The notes under the pieces: model-generated
What the model was told of the DNA's origin: nothing
What the model saw: the letters and a program-made list of their open reading frames with translations, nothing else
Database searches by the model: none
Shown: one piece after another, positions 1-13,800 of the stretch
Position numbering within the stretch: the stretch's first letter is position 1
Layout of the letters: every line of letters begins with the position of its first letter
DNA from: Eledone cirrhosa
Lineage: Eukaryota
NCBI GenBank assembly: GCA_964016885.1
Contig: OZ024742.1
Span: forward strand, 263,996,001-264,060,000
Length of the DNA stretch: 64,000 nt
Direction: 5' to 3'
Position numbers and translations under genes: made by a program

Positions 1-1255
1 CGTTCTTTAAACCGGCCCTCCGCCATACCTACATAGGATTTGACCTCTTGTTGTTGATTTGGTCGGTTAGAAGTGACAAGAGTTTTATAAATTACAGCGG
101 GTGCGTTGAAGGGGACAAGCTTCAGGCCTTCGGCAAGAGCATCCTGGTGGGGTTCTGCTCTTAGGGTTGTTGGTGATGTAGGCTTTCTTATTCTTATTAC
201 AGGAGTATCCTAGTTTCACCCTGTGTCTGTGAAAGATGGAGCGGTATTTATGACCTATGGAGAAGTGTCTATCTAAGAGAACTAACAATCTTTTATCTAC
301 ATTACTACATTAGTTTTAACATTGAGTGAGAAGGGGGCGGGGTGAACCAAATTATTTTTCTATTAGCACGATCTCTTTTCCTATTGTTGTTGGCGTTAGT
401 AAGGGAGTAAACAATTGGTTGAGAGAAGTCGCTGTTAGCTAACGCCGCGTTGTAGTAGGGTGCCGCTCTGTCAAATATTGTTTTATTAAAGGCGGGGTTA
501 GAGATTCTAGTGCCGATATTTTTAACAAAGTTTCTAAAAACTGTATGTGAGTGGCATGAGTCCTTGTGTATGTAATTTAGGCTTTCATTTAGTTTATGGA
601 ATGGTCTAAAAGTGTGTGTGTGAAGATCTAAATTTCCCTAAGTAATCTACGCTAGTAAGGTTAGTAGCTACTGTTATCCTAAGTCCTAACTCATTAAAAG
701 TAGTAATTAAATCTTTTATAAAACAGTCCAGGTCGTGACCACTTTTATGGCTGGATAGGGTCAGATCCACCGTCGTGTTATAAGACCGTGTGGAAGTCCG
801 GGAATTTAGTTCGTAACGTATCTAAAATAAATAATCCAACCAAGTCGCAGCATACATCAGCACTATCGAATGATCCCATTGATACATCGAATAGCTCTGA
901 AGTAGTTGACTTCTTTGTTCAGGATACACCATTATTGAAGAGGAGGGTTTTCCAGAAATGTGCAATAATCTCCCTGTCTAAATCATTGACGGCGGTGTAA
1001 GTTGTGGCAAAGTCCAACGCTTTGTTCAACAGGGTCACCAGGATCGACGGGTAAAAATCCACAATGTCGAACGGAGTGAATTTCGCTTTTTTTGGAGCTG
1101 AAAGAGTTGAACCACTTAATGACAGAATCACTATTCTCCCACTGGGAGAAGAAACTCCAATGCTTAGCTAAGCGTGAGGTCTTTCTCACCCTTAAAGATC
1201 ACAAGGTAGATTTTGCCTCTAATCCCACTTGTAGACTACTGAACCCGGCACATAC
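1..1255 (-). mobile_element. Penelope-like element (PLE) RT remnant, frameshifted, runs off the window start
   Basis: ORF pieces FTPFDIVDFYPSI...ALDFA...LLFNNG (919-1131), a downstream FDVSMGSFDSADVCDLVGLFIL segment, and HKYRSIFHRHRVKLGYSCNKN (85-288) match PLE RT and linker motifs. Confidence 0.85.
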
Positions 1256-1375
1256 GAAGGAATATAGTTAAGACTATTAGAACTAAGTCTTGCACCTATC
1301 TAACGTGGGAAGTGACTTTCTGCACATGCGTATTCGTACAATTGTTTTTTCCTTTTCCGTATAATCTCATTTAAA

Positions 1376-1416
1376 CCGAGCTGATGATCCGAATAAAGTG
1401 AAACAATTATTCTCGG
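1376..1416 (+). ncRNA. Minimal type I hammerhead ribozyme motif in a probable inverted PLE terminal repeat
   Basis: ccgag-CTGATGA-tccgaataaagt-GAAA-caatta-T-T-ctcgg. Stem I is perfect; stems II and III are mismatched. Homologous to 34100-34140. Confidence 0.7.
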
Positions 1417-1444
1417 AAATGGTGAACTAACTGTTGTGGAACTA

Positions 1445-1515
<71 letters not shown>

Positions 1516-1879
1516 AATTGATAGAGAATGAAATAAAATAAAATGATTTAAATCACTATTATTATATATCTTTACTGGATATTAACTGTTGTGAAACTTG
1601 CTTGAGACCACTCCTGAATACAGACTTCTAATTATTTTGTCGAAAAGAAAAAACAAGCGAAGGCAAAAAGAATGAAAAGCAGAAAGATAGGAACTTTGTT
1701 GCTGAGACCACAAAATAAATAAAAATCTGTAACAAACGTGTAATACGAGAAGGAAGGTTAAGTAATTTGAATAATAAAAAAAATCATGTGCAAAAACGAA
1801 ATTCAAATCTATTATGTTTGGCTGTTAGTTTATTCTAACCCCCCCCCCAAAAAAAAAACACCAAACATTTTAATTGCTT

Positions 1880-4290
1880 TTTACAAAGATAAATATATTG
1901 AATATCCAACAGCTAACTAGAAGGTGAGCTTGCATGGCAACCTGAGTTCAACAAGCTCATTTTGATTGACGATTTATACAAATCCCGTACGTTTCTCTGA
2001 AAACAAAACACTAACTACAGATGAAATTCCGTCTTAAGTGTATAATTATGAAAATGGGGTAACACATTACAGCGATTGGAGTCTTCTTGTGTGTCGAAGT
2101 ATGAAAGTGAAGTATCTGTATGGACAGACACCACACGGATGGGTGTAGGTGTATGGAGGGGAGTGGCAGCTACGAAAGCAGGAAATAAGCCATGTCTTTA
2201 TGATATCTAGGTCTGTCGCTATATGTATCTGTATGCAGAGGGACAGTTGTTGTCATCTGCAACAATGAGACAGTGGCCAGAATAGTAGTCACTAACATTT
2301 GCACGTCTAAAGATTTTATAGTTATCTCAGAATATTTGGAAAAATGAGTGATAAAAGTAAAGCCCACCAATTTACCTCACCGCAGAAACCAAGCCAATGT
2401 GTTAGCAATGATGGGGGACATGCACAAAAATGTACAAGGATTAAATTTAAATCTCCTGCAGAAACAAATCGACCTAGCTGTCAAGCCAAACCACTTCTAA
2501 TGCTAAGAGTGTGAACAAATACGGTTAATAGTGGAAAGAAGAAAGGCAGAATGCTATATATATAACAAAACCAACCATAGTTGAGAAAAAGGGAGCAGAG
2601 TGTCTCTCTCAATTGTTACTTCCATTACACCGACATCTACAACTTCAAGAAACTCAGCAGTGGACCCAGCAGAAACAACAAGGCCTCTTCTACTGGCATA
2701 CTTTGGGTGGCTCAGGGAGAAGCCTTTGCAACCGCTAACATCTTATGGAAACATCTATTAGAAAAATAATGCGACTACGTCGTCTTCACTGCCAGAGGCC
2801 AAAAACAACAACAAAGCATCCATTGTGGCAAATAGTAGAAGGGCTGTTACAAAAGAAAGGTAACCTATTAGTCTTACATACGAAACCCAAACAATTGGCA
2901 GCGCCTGACCAAATAACACCCAAAAGAGAAGAAACCAAACTTTCCAACCAGCCGAGAGGCCAACAACAACAGCGATTACAACAACCACAGTAATAAACAC
3001 ATCAAGAACAGCCACAAAAGACCCACAGTAAAATAAAAACTAGAATAACACCAGCATCAGCAAAAGCCACAACTATAGTAAAAACTACAGTAACTTCAGA
3101 AAAAGAAGCTACAACAAACACAAAAAAACAACAACAAAATATCAAGTAGCAGAATAATAGCAACTAGAGCAACAGAAAGAAAACATCTCGGGAACAACAG
3201 CAGCAGCCCAGCAGCACAGCAACAACTACAACAGCAACAACAACAACGACAACAGCAACAATAGTATTAACAAGCGGTGAACCAGATACAACTACTACAA
3301 GAATACCCCAGATTGGATGAAGTTCATATACACATTTTGAAAACAACCGATTGCCTTGATGTCACTAACCAGTAAAACGCCCAGAAAGAATTGTGACTTT
3401 GGGTTAGAACTACACTAGAACTGTAGCACACCATGAGAAAACATCGGATGACTGAGGTGGGGTGGGGCTATAAAATTTACTTGTCGAAAAATAATTTTCG
3501 ACGGTTCTTATAAGTCCATGAAAGATGATTATCACGAGTCTATATGCCCCATTTCCTTTTTTCTTTCTTTCTTCTCTCATTTCATAAATGTCCATACTTC
3601 AAAGAGGCTGTGTAAATGGACGTCTACTGAGGTCAGTGACGATCTAAGGACACTTACTCAAAGATCTCACATCCCTACGATTGGATATAGCAGCCACTAT
3701 CAAGATCAGGATTTCCTTATAGACCACCACAAAGTCGGCGCAGATAGAGTGGAGTGTTAGTTCTAGCACACAAAAACACTGAACGTAGAGGAAAGAACAG
3801 TTTTCTTAGACCCACTGGTCCTGGACGTGAGCAGCAGTAAGGACAAAGGTGATGCTTGTAGTCAAGTGACATTTTACATCCCGGTTGAAGTTGGAAGCAG
3901 GATTTATATAGATTTTTAGAAAAATTATTAGGAAAATCTCACACTTTAGTATGTAAGTATCTGGTAGATAAGACATCACAAACGAAGTACTAGCTGTAAA
4001 GTACTGAAGTACTGGGATCTCGAATAATTCTTCAAGGCGAAAAAGCTGTTGCAGTGTGTGTTGCTGACCATTGTCCACGGAAATGCCTTTGCAGTTTTGT
4101 CCGCGGGGTGCAGCCCAAACACCACCCCGCCCTAGGCCCACAGCCCATAACCCTCTTTCCTGTCCTCTCCCTTTCTTCTGAGGACCATGAATCCTTGCTT
4201 TGTCCCTCCCTTTCCTCCCGTTTATGGCATTTATAGCCCTTTCCTCTACTTTTTCATACAGCCAGATCTGCCCTTCTTTACCCCTGCCCC
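1880..4290 (+). mobile_element. Highly decayed Tx1/L1-type LINE (ORF1-like low-complexity region plus start of APE-like region)
   Basis: Thr/Pro/Gln-rich tracts, then an INVHTSK...DLRT segment and VFLDP-like and LVVK-like segments resembling the APE N-terminus seen at 47645-48291. Confidence 0.5.
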
Positions 4291-5040
4291 CTTTTCTCAT
4301 TACTTAATGTTGTTTTTATCTTTCTGTTTCATATTTATGTAACTATCAATGGTTTTTAAGCCAACTTTATGAGAGAAACACATGTAGTGAGAATGAACAT
4401 TTTCGAAGTTATTGGTTAGAATAAGTTTGTGAGAGCTTGGATATTTGTTGTACTCTATTTTTTCCGTAGATGTTGTTGTGGTTGTAGTTATAGTCGTCAT
4501 TATTCTGGGGCGCTTTTTTGTTCTTGTTATTTCTGTTTTTTAATTTTTAAATTCATTCCCAACATCCTTCATCATCCGCTTCCTAGTTTTTCATGTTTTC
4601 TGGAGCGAAAGACCACAATTACCAACGATATTACAGCAGAAATACCAAGTCAAAAATCACGCTAGACTTCATGGAGACAACAAGCTGAATAAATATGAAA
4701 GCCTAATATTTTAGCGTACTATTCACTTTCAGGCTTATTCCTTATTGCATTTCTTATATAACCTCTTTGCTGAATATATGTGACTTTGTGTTTATGTGAG
4801 TACGAGAGAGTGTAGTTGCGTGCGAGCCCATGTGTGTATGTGTCTGTGTATACAGGTATAAGTACACGTTTTATCTGGGCATGTGTGTTTGTATCTGAGT
4901 GTGTATGTATATATTACAATATATTACAATATATATATATATATATATATGGGGAGGGGGAGGGGAAACAGTAAAGGAAAACAATACATGTAATGATGAT
5001 ATATATTAATTTAACGCTTCATATATTAAGCAAAACATTT

Positions 5041-5070
5041 AAAGTTTCGGATGTTAGTCCTTCAGAGAAG
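5041..5070 (-). ncRNA. Degenerate hammerhead-like remnant
   Basis: Minus strand reads CTGAA-gga ctaaca tcc-GAAAC. The core is shortened and stems I and III are not recoverable. Confidence 0.3.
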
Positions 5071-5884
5071 ATAGAATAGGAGAGAGAAAGAAAATGAGGA
5101 TGATACACGGAGACTAAAAAAACCGGATTAATTAAACAAGAGGAAAGCACACACTCTCATACACACGCACATATACATTTATATATGATTATACCACACA
5201 CACACACACACATATAATATTCAGCCAATTACGGTTTTAAAAGTTGACAATTACTGTTTTGGATAAAAAAAACTATTGGTGAGAAAGAAATTCATAAAAC
5301 ACATTGTATTCACTATGTAGAAATACTTAAGAAGGATATTATTTCCAATGGCATACAATCTAAGCCCTCCCATGTACTATAACTGATAGACGCAACTTGA
5401 CTACCAGCGGGCGTATCTCTCTGTAAGGTAAAGACTGTCGAAATAGAAGAGAGATCCACGGAGAGGATATGTATTTAATTGGTCTTTTAAAAAATAATTC
5501 ATTTAAAAATGGATTTAAAAATAAGTATTTCAATTACATGTTTATTTAAACGTATTCAGGTTATCAGGCATGTTTATAATGGAGCCTTTACGTACACCTA
5601 CTATCTGCTCTTTCTCAAACATGTTTCATTCTTTCTTGGCGGGATACCTCTAATCATTCTGATTTATCATTAACTCTTTCAATCTCTGGGATTTGTTTAT
5701 TGTATTCTATGCAGTCTGTGTACCCTTTTAATGCTTATTTTGTAGGAAACTTTCCAGTTCTCAGCTCGCTTTAGATAGGTGAGTCGTTCATCGTTCATCC
5801 ATACAACATGCGCATTTGGAATGCGAGGATCTTTGATTTTAAAGGGAGATAGACAGTTCTTTGTAATTCCTCGATATCTGGCGC

Positions 5885-6300
5885 CAATGCCCACCAGGTT
5901 GAGCTCTTTATATTTTTTCTCCCTAAAAGAATGACGATGCATATAATATCTAGATTTAAAGCTATTTGAGGTAGTCTCTATATATACCTTGTTATCAGTA
6001 TACGTGGATATAATGCATTGGTAAACTAAATTTCAGTTAGATAATTACCGTTAAGAGGGCAAGTAGAAGGGTTTATACAGTTGCAGTTTCTGTTTGATAT
6101 TATGTTACCATTAAGATTAAAATCTTGACGACTGAACTAATTCTTAATATATTAGCGGAAACCTTCTCTCCAATCCCCCGTTACTATACAATACTTAATA
6201 AGAATACCGTAAAAAAAAGCACTATTAAGTTCAACGACACTGCTTCCTGGTTTGAATTTGACGCGAGAAATTGAAATTTTAAATGCCTAATATTGCCAAA
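5885..6300 (-). mobile_element. PLE GIY-YIG endonuclease remnant
   Basis: Manual translation gives NCNCINPSTCPLNGNYLTE.VYQCIIST...KVYIETTSNSFKSRYYMHRHSFR, the PLE Cys-linker plus GIY-YIG pattern. Confidence 0.8.
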
Positions 6301-6531
6301 AGAATATGACGTCTTCTACTTCTGATCTTCATTTATATGTCTTCTATTCTGATCTACTACTAATAATAAATATGTTCCTACATATTATATATCCATTATC
6401 ACCAAATCTAATTACTATTGTGGTCTCTGAACGATTTTCATCTTTGGCTTTTTACTCTTCTTTCCATATATATTATTTAACCACCACCAATGAACATTCT
6501 TCTAACAATTACAGGAAATAATAATATCATT

Positions 6532-6728
6532 AATAATAATTGTTTCTACGTTAGGCACAAGGCCAGCAATTACCCAGTGCATTACTGGTACTTTATTTTA
6601 TCGACCCCGTAAGGATGAAAGGCAAAGTTAACCTTGGCGGGATTTGAACTCAGAATGGCAAGGGCCGTAACTCTATACGTCAAAGCATGGCGTCCAACCC
6701 TCTACCGATACTGCCAACTCACCGTCCT
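6532..6728 (-). mobile_element. tRNA-derived SINE, full length (Meta-domain-like core)
   Basis: Minus strand has an A-box-like TGGCAGTATCGG, B-box GAGTTCAAATCC, core CCTTTCATCCTTACGGGGTCGATAAAATAAAGTACCAG and an (ATT)n tail. Many copies in the window. Confidence 0.85.
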
Positions 6729-7070
6729 AAGATGTACTGCTTTTTAATTCAATCTAGAAACATACTCATTACAAGTTTGTACTGTTCCCCTGCTTCACTT
6801 GTGTTCCTTGTTATGTGCTTGCTAATGTCTAGCATTGGATACTACGTCTGTTCTTGAAATTTGTATTTGGTTAAATTTTAATAATTTTAATAATTTGTTA
6901 TGATATGCGGATGTAAAATATATTCTGTTTTATGTAAATAATTGTTAATTAACCGTATCTGTTTAACTTATTGTATTTACATATGCATGTATTATTATCA
7001 CCTGTATAGAAATGATCGTAGAAAAAAATTGGATTTAATTTGGCAACCTTGGTTTTCTCCATTATATATG

Positions 7071-7127
<57 letters not shown>

Positions 7128-7408
7128 GGAATAGAATGAAACGAAATTTCATTTCTCACTCTTAGTACGGCACTTACTTAAATGTAAGTATGTATGTATG
7201 TATACGTACATACATATATGTATACAGACGTCAGTAGTATGTATATATATATACATATATGCACACACATATATATATGCACGTATCGGTTTACCGAACA
7301 TTTATTATAATGCTCGGTTTGTTTGTTTGTAAACAAACAAACAGCCCGAATTACGCCGTACAGTGTTTAGGCAACCACGTCACCTTTTTGTTCAACACTG
7401 ACACAGGA

Positions 7409-7451
7409 ACGATGTACTAGATTCAAGCTTATTAGCTATCGTCAACATCGT
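7409..7451 (-). ncRNA. Hammerhead ribozyme, mutated copy
   Basis: acgatg-TTGACGA-tagctaataagctt-GAAT-ctag-TA-catcgt; two core substitutions relative to 8124-8166. Confidence 0.65.
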
Positions 7452-8123
7452 ATACCTTCCTGCCAGATGGTTGAACGTCTGAAAGTATATACTTTCCTTA
7501 TCCATATTAACGGCTGAGCAGCCTAATTTGCATATCGAGTGAGTTCAGTCGGCCGGGCGCACCGAAAACGATAAATGGAATAGAATGAAACGAAATTTCA
7601 TTTCTCACTCTTAGTATGGCACTTACTTAAATGTAAGTATGTATGTATACGCACATACATATATGTATACAGACGTACAGTAGTATGTATATATATATAT
7701 ACATACATGCACACACATATATATGCACGTATCGGTTTACTGAACATTTATTATAATGCTCGGTTTGTTTGTTGGTAAACAAACAAACAGCCCGAATTAC
7801 GCCGTACAGTGTTTAGGGAACCACAGGTGACGTGATTGCCTAAACACTGTACGGCGTAATACGGGCTGTTTGTTTGTTTACAAACAAACAAACCGAGTAT
7901 TATAATAAATGTTCAGTAAACCGATACGTGCATATTTTTATGTGTGCATGTATGTATATATATATATATACATACTACTGTACGTCTGTATACATATATG
8001 TATGTACGTATACATACATACTTACATTTAACTCACTCGATATGCAAATTAGGCTGCTCAGCCGTTAATATGCATCAGGAAAGTATATACTTTCAGACGT
8101 TCAACCATCTGGCAGGAAGGTAT

Positions 8124-8166
8124 ACGATGCTGACGATAGCTAATAAGCTTGAAACTAGTACATCGT
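8124..8166 (+). ncRNA. Minimal type I hammerhead ribozyme with intact core
   Basis: acgatg-CTGACGA-tagc taataa gctt-GAAA-ctag-T-A-catcgt: 6-bp stem I, stem II, palindromic ACTAGT stem III and a GUA cleavage triplet. Confidence 0.85.
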
Positions 8167-8363
8167 TCCTGTGTCAGTGTTGAACAAAATGGTGACGTGA
8201 TTGCCTAAACACTGTATGGCGAAATTCGGGCTGTTTGTTTGTTTACAAACAAACAAACCGAGCATTATAATAAATGTTCGGTAAACCGAACATACATGTG
8301 TGCATGTATGTATATATATATACACATACTACTGTACGTCTGTATACATATATGTATGTACGT

Positions 8364-8425
<62 letters not shown>

Positions 8426-8559
8426 CAAACCACAAACCCTCCATCTCAATTCTACTTTTGAAAAGCACAAGAAGTGCGAAACCGGTAAAGGAACCAAATA
8501 AATATATTTAAAAAAAAAGAGACTCCAGTTGCATTTTCGATTTCATCTTTTTTCCTTAT

Positions 8560-8641
<82 letters not shown>

Positions 8642-8752
8642 ATACTTTGGGAGGGTCATGTTGCCAATAAGAAACACAAGCACCAGTTGCTTTCACTTCA
8701 ATTTATTATAAATTTCCGGTTGGTTCCACAACCGGATAGTTGTTCATATATT

Positions 8753-8795
8753 ATCAAAGTTCTTTCGTCACACATTCTGTGACCTCTTCAGTGAC
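8753..8795 (-). ncRNA. Minimal hammerhead in the inverted PLE terminal repeat
   Basis: gtca-CTGAAGA-g gtcac agaatgt gtgac-GAAA-gaac-T-T-tgat. Confidence 0.75.
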
Positions 8796-9353
8796 TCGGG
8801 ATTCTTTTCTTTGTTTTGTGCCTCTCCTTTGTTCTGTCCTATGTCATCTTGTTTTTGTGTGTGATGTGTGCTTAGTTTGCTCATGTGTTACATCCGGGTG
8901 TCTGTGTGTGTTTTTATTTGTTTATTTATTTGTTTATTTAGATGCTGATATGTTCTTCGACGTGCGACGAGTCCACGCCACGACTTTAGCTTTTAACAAA
9001 CGCAGGCAATTGCCGTCGCAGGTTGATGAACAAACAGAAGCATAATTTAATATAGCTAGATATGAACTTAGAAAGATTATAGAACAGTATAGCAAGAAAC
9101 AAAATAGAATGGAGGCCCAGCAACTTGGAGAAAAATCCCCAAATGGCTTGCCGAAGCTCATGCAGCGCTCACGTAATGGAGAGATTGCATGCTTCCCAAC
9201 AGACAAATCAGGCAAAATGTCGGTTGACAGTCTGTCAAACAACATCCAGGCAATGCAACCCCACATCACCAACACAAGAGAGGTAACACCACAAGAGCAT
9301 GAGGATAGGTAGAAAACCCTCAACGCTCATATGATGATGTTGACAAACATAAT

Positions 9354-9450
9354 TGTTTCTACTTTAGGCAAAGGCCAGCAATTAACCAGTGCATTACTGG
9401 TACTTTATTTTATCGACCCCGTAAGGATGAAAGGCAAAGTCAACCTCGGC
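9354..9450 (-). mobile_element. 5'-truncated SINE inserted into the PLE RT region
   Basis: SINE core and tail flanked by the direct repeat caaacataat (9344-9353 and 9450-9459). Confidence 0.85.
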
Positions 9451-11586
9451 AAACATAATGCAGCCGAATAAACGGACTGCCAACAACTTCCAGGCCTGGA
9501 ACAATGCCGTGCCAGCGTTGTATGGGCTTCGAAAAGACCATAAGACGAACAGTGACCCAGTCACAGGACCACCTACACGGCCAGTCTGTGGAGCTAACAT
9601 TGCTAGCAACTACAGACTTTCCTACTTCTTCTCCCTGATCATACACCCCATCATTTAAATGTCTCCAAATATATGTAACAGCACGGAGGACCTCCTCAGT
9701 AGAGTCAGCGAAAATAACCTATATAGGGACCTAACAGACTATAATAGGTAGTATGGATGTAGTGTCGATCCATTGACGTAGATTTTGCTGTGGAGAAATG
9801 CTTGGAAATGATCAGTGAGAGCAATCTTGAATTCCGTGGGGTTGATACCAGTGAGCTGGGACTCCTACTTAAACTTACATACAATAATGAATACCTAGAC
9901 ACATATGACCTTAGCAACCTCTGCCCCACAAGGACAGCAAGAGGCAGACCACATACCATTACTTCAATGGCCAAGAAAACCCACACAGAATGATGGAACA
10001 GGTGGATCAGAGCCATACGGACCCCCGAAAACCACGATGAACTAAAGAAAATGATCGCACATGCGGTGGGTGCCAGTATAAAACTAACCCTTAAGGAACA
10101 TATGTTCAAATATAATGGAAAAACATATGCCCAAGAAGAGGGAGCAGCCATTGGCGTTAGCATTGCAGGTGACATAGCTAACCTATTCATGGTATGGTGG
10201 GACAATAGACTTAAACTTAAACTTAAATACCAATTAACCTCTTAACCCTGATAATGTACTCCCGCCACGTTGATGATATAAACATCGTAGTAAAAACACC
10301 CCCCCACTAGAGAACAGTCAGGAATGAGAGAAAAACACCATGGAAAGCATCCAGCAAATAGCTAACACCATCCACCAGAGTATCAAAGTTACTATAGACT
10401 ACCTAAGCAGACACCCCAAACATCGATTACCTGTACTAGACACAGAGCTCTGGTTAGAAACCATTAATAACAAAAAACAAATCCTCCATTCCATTATGCC
10501 AAACCCATGACTTCCAAATACCTGATCCACCGAAACTCAGCTGTTTTGGATCACACCAAAATCAACATACTGATTGCGGATTTAGTAAGGGTGATGAGGA
10601 ACGTGTCCCGCATGTGCAACCCCAAAGAATTAGAGAGACACATACAACACTTCATCCACCGTATGCAGTTCTCTGGCTACAATCAGAGAGATAAAATGAG
10701 TCTTTAGAGGAGCCAGAACAAAATGGGAAAAAATGGTAAATAATGATATAAATGGGACCTGCCCCTTGTATAGTAGCAAATTTTGGAATAGAATAGAAAG
10801 AACTAGGAATAAGGTAAACAAAATAAACCCATGGTATGATAACAATAAATACCAGAGTCTAATGTTCATCAATACAACCCCTAGAGGTGAACTAGCTTAC
10901 AAATTTAGAAGGTCCCTAGATAAACTTAAACTAAATATTAAGATAGTGGAAAGACCAGGTAACCCCATAAAAACACTAATTAGTAATACATACTCTTTTC
11001 AAAGACCTCCCTGTATAGATAGGTAATGCGTAATCTGTAAGCTAAGCCCCCATATTAACTGTAAAACTAGAAACATAGTATATAGCATAAGATGTACTGA
11101 GGGACAATGTAAAAATAAGAATATAATGTACATAGGTGAGACAGCTTGTAGCATAGGAGAACGATTAAATGAACACTGGCGAGAACTCCAAGATAGAAAA
11201 GAATCATCAATACTCCACCAACATGCTAAAATAGAACATAAGGGCAAATTAGAGAATATATTTATAAAAATAGAATCTACACACAGAAAAGACGTAATGT
11301 TTAGATAAATCACAGAGGCAATAAACATATTTGAGCTCCAACCAAAATTAAATAGAAAGCATGAATGGAATAGCAACATCACAACTTATAATTAAGGACA
11401 AAATGAAAACACACACACATAGAACAAACACTTAACTAGTAACATGTAAATAAACCCATAAATAAACAAATAAAAACACACACAGACACCCGGATGTAAC
11501 ACATGGGCAAATTAAGGACACACACAAAAACAAGATGGCATAGGACAGAACAAAGGAGAGGCACAAAACAAAGAAAAGAATCCCGA

Positions 11587-11629
11587 GTCACTGAAGAGGT
11601 CACAGAATGTGTGACGAAAGAACTTTGTC
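11587..11629 (+). ncRNA. Minimal hammerhead in the PLE 3' terminal repeat
   Basis: gtca-CTGAAGA-g gtcac agaatgt gtgac-GAAA-gaac-T-T-tgtc, with one stem I mismatch. Confidence 0.72.
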
Positions 11630-11810
11630 AATATATGAACAACTATCTGGTTGTGGAAACAAGCAAGCAACCGGAAATTTATAATAAATTGAGGTGAAAG
11701 CAACTGGTGCGTGTATTTCTTATAGGCAACATGACCCTCCTAAAGTATAACAATATCGGTTTCAACACACGTTTTCAGATAAAGAATCTTGCTAAACAAA
11801 TTCAGAAACG

Positions 11811-12305
<495 letters not shown>

Positions 12306-13177
12306 TTAGTGAGTGTGAACATACAGAAAATAAGAGGAATAGAAACAGAGAAAATAGAGAAATAGACAGATTTGCTGATACCTCCAACATCTCACAACAT
12401 ATCTGTTGTTGCATACATTCATGTTATAATAGCTGCCATTTTTGCTGATGTTGATGCGGATGTTGTTGCTATTGGCAACCGCGTTGCAAACTGTTTATTT
12501 TATATTCAGTAATATATAAGGCAGAATTGAAAGAGAAAGAAATTGGTAGTAGGATGGGTTGGGAGGGGTATAATGTGCTCGTATGATGTGGTGTGTGTTA
12601 ATGCTTGTGGCAGTGGTGGTGCTGATGTGGTGTGAAGTGTTGCTAGCGTATATTGGTATGGTGTTGGTATGTAGCACAGGACGCGGTATTATTTGTGTAG
12701 TTGATGGTGGTGTAGGTGATAATGTCAGTCCGATGTACTTGTGTTTGGTACCTTGTTAACAGTGGTAGCAGTAAGGTTGAGGTTGTGGTGTATTTTAGAT
12801 TTTTGTGGTGAAGCTCGTATATTTTAGTTGTTGTCATCATTTAACTTCAGATCAGCCCGGATTGAGCAGGATTAGGATCAAAGACCTTCCAGCCGTGACA
12901 ATAACGTTTCAAAGTAGAACACATTATCCAATGTGTTCTTTTCTGAGACGATGAGGTGACGATTTGATGTAGATTTAGCATCTATTTCTAGCAGGTCGCG
13001 TGACCACATAGGGGCTCCGTCGTGTGTCGTTGCATATGGCCGTAGTGATGGCCGTGGCGTTACGTATTAGGTGTTCTTTGTCCTGGTATTATGGTTTAAC
13101 TCCAGGTCAATCCTGAATGAACATCTCGGTGATCAAATTCATTCCATCGTGACCATCCCTTCTCTTTTTAATGTATT

Positions 13178-13321
<144 letters not shown>

Positions 13322-13800
13322 CTAGAGGACTAGATAGATTTCTGGCTAGTGAAATAGAGAGAATGAGGCGGAGAGGAAGAAACAGCAAATAAGGAACCGT
13401 TTGTATGTGAATGCGTGTATTTATATATATGTGTGTGTTTGCCTGTGTTTGTGCGTATATGTATGTATATATGTGGTGTGTGTGTATGTGTTTCTGCATA
13501 TTTGTTGGTATATGTTCTTCTGTATTGATGTGTCTATATATTTTTAAAGAAAAAAAAGAGAGTAGCCGGGAGAATGAAAGAGAGTAACAAAGAGAAAGAG
13601 AATCATAGAAAGAGAAACATAACTTTTCAGCTGTGTGAGTGTGGAGGGATTTATGTGTATATGTTTGTCTCTCAGGTATACAAGAGAGAGACAAAGAACG
13701 TGGAGAAAGAAAAGACAAAGTGAAAACGAAAAAAAGCACTATACAAAAGGAAGATGTGTTTTTATGTGTGAATATGTGCGTACATCTGTTTGGTTGAGCT

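Larger units (their letters stand above)
7122..8372. mobile_element. Non-coding hammerhead-bearing element: 449-bp unit in tandem plus inverted partial copies (retrozyme-like or non-autonomous PLE)
   Basis: Unit 7122-7570 restarts at 7571 and runs to about 7824. Segments 7826-8030 and 8031-8372 are reverse complements of parts of the unit. Confidence 0.8.
8634..11756 (+). mobile_element. 5'-truncated Penelope-like element with ~300-bp inverted terminal repeats; RT plus GIY-YIG pseudogene at ~8940-11395
   Basis: Motifs PTDKSGKM, PALYGLRKDHK, IIGSMDVVS..SIDV, EGAAIGVSIAGDIANLFM, YSRHVDDI, LPVLDT and NIVYSIRC...MYIGETACSIGERLNEH, with many stops. 8634-8935 is the reverse complement of ~11455-11756. 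Confidence 0.9.
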
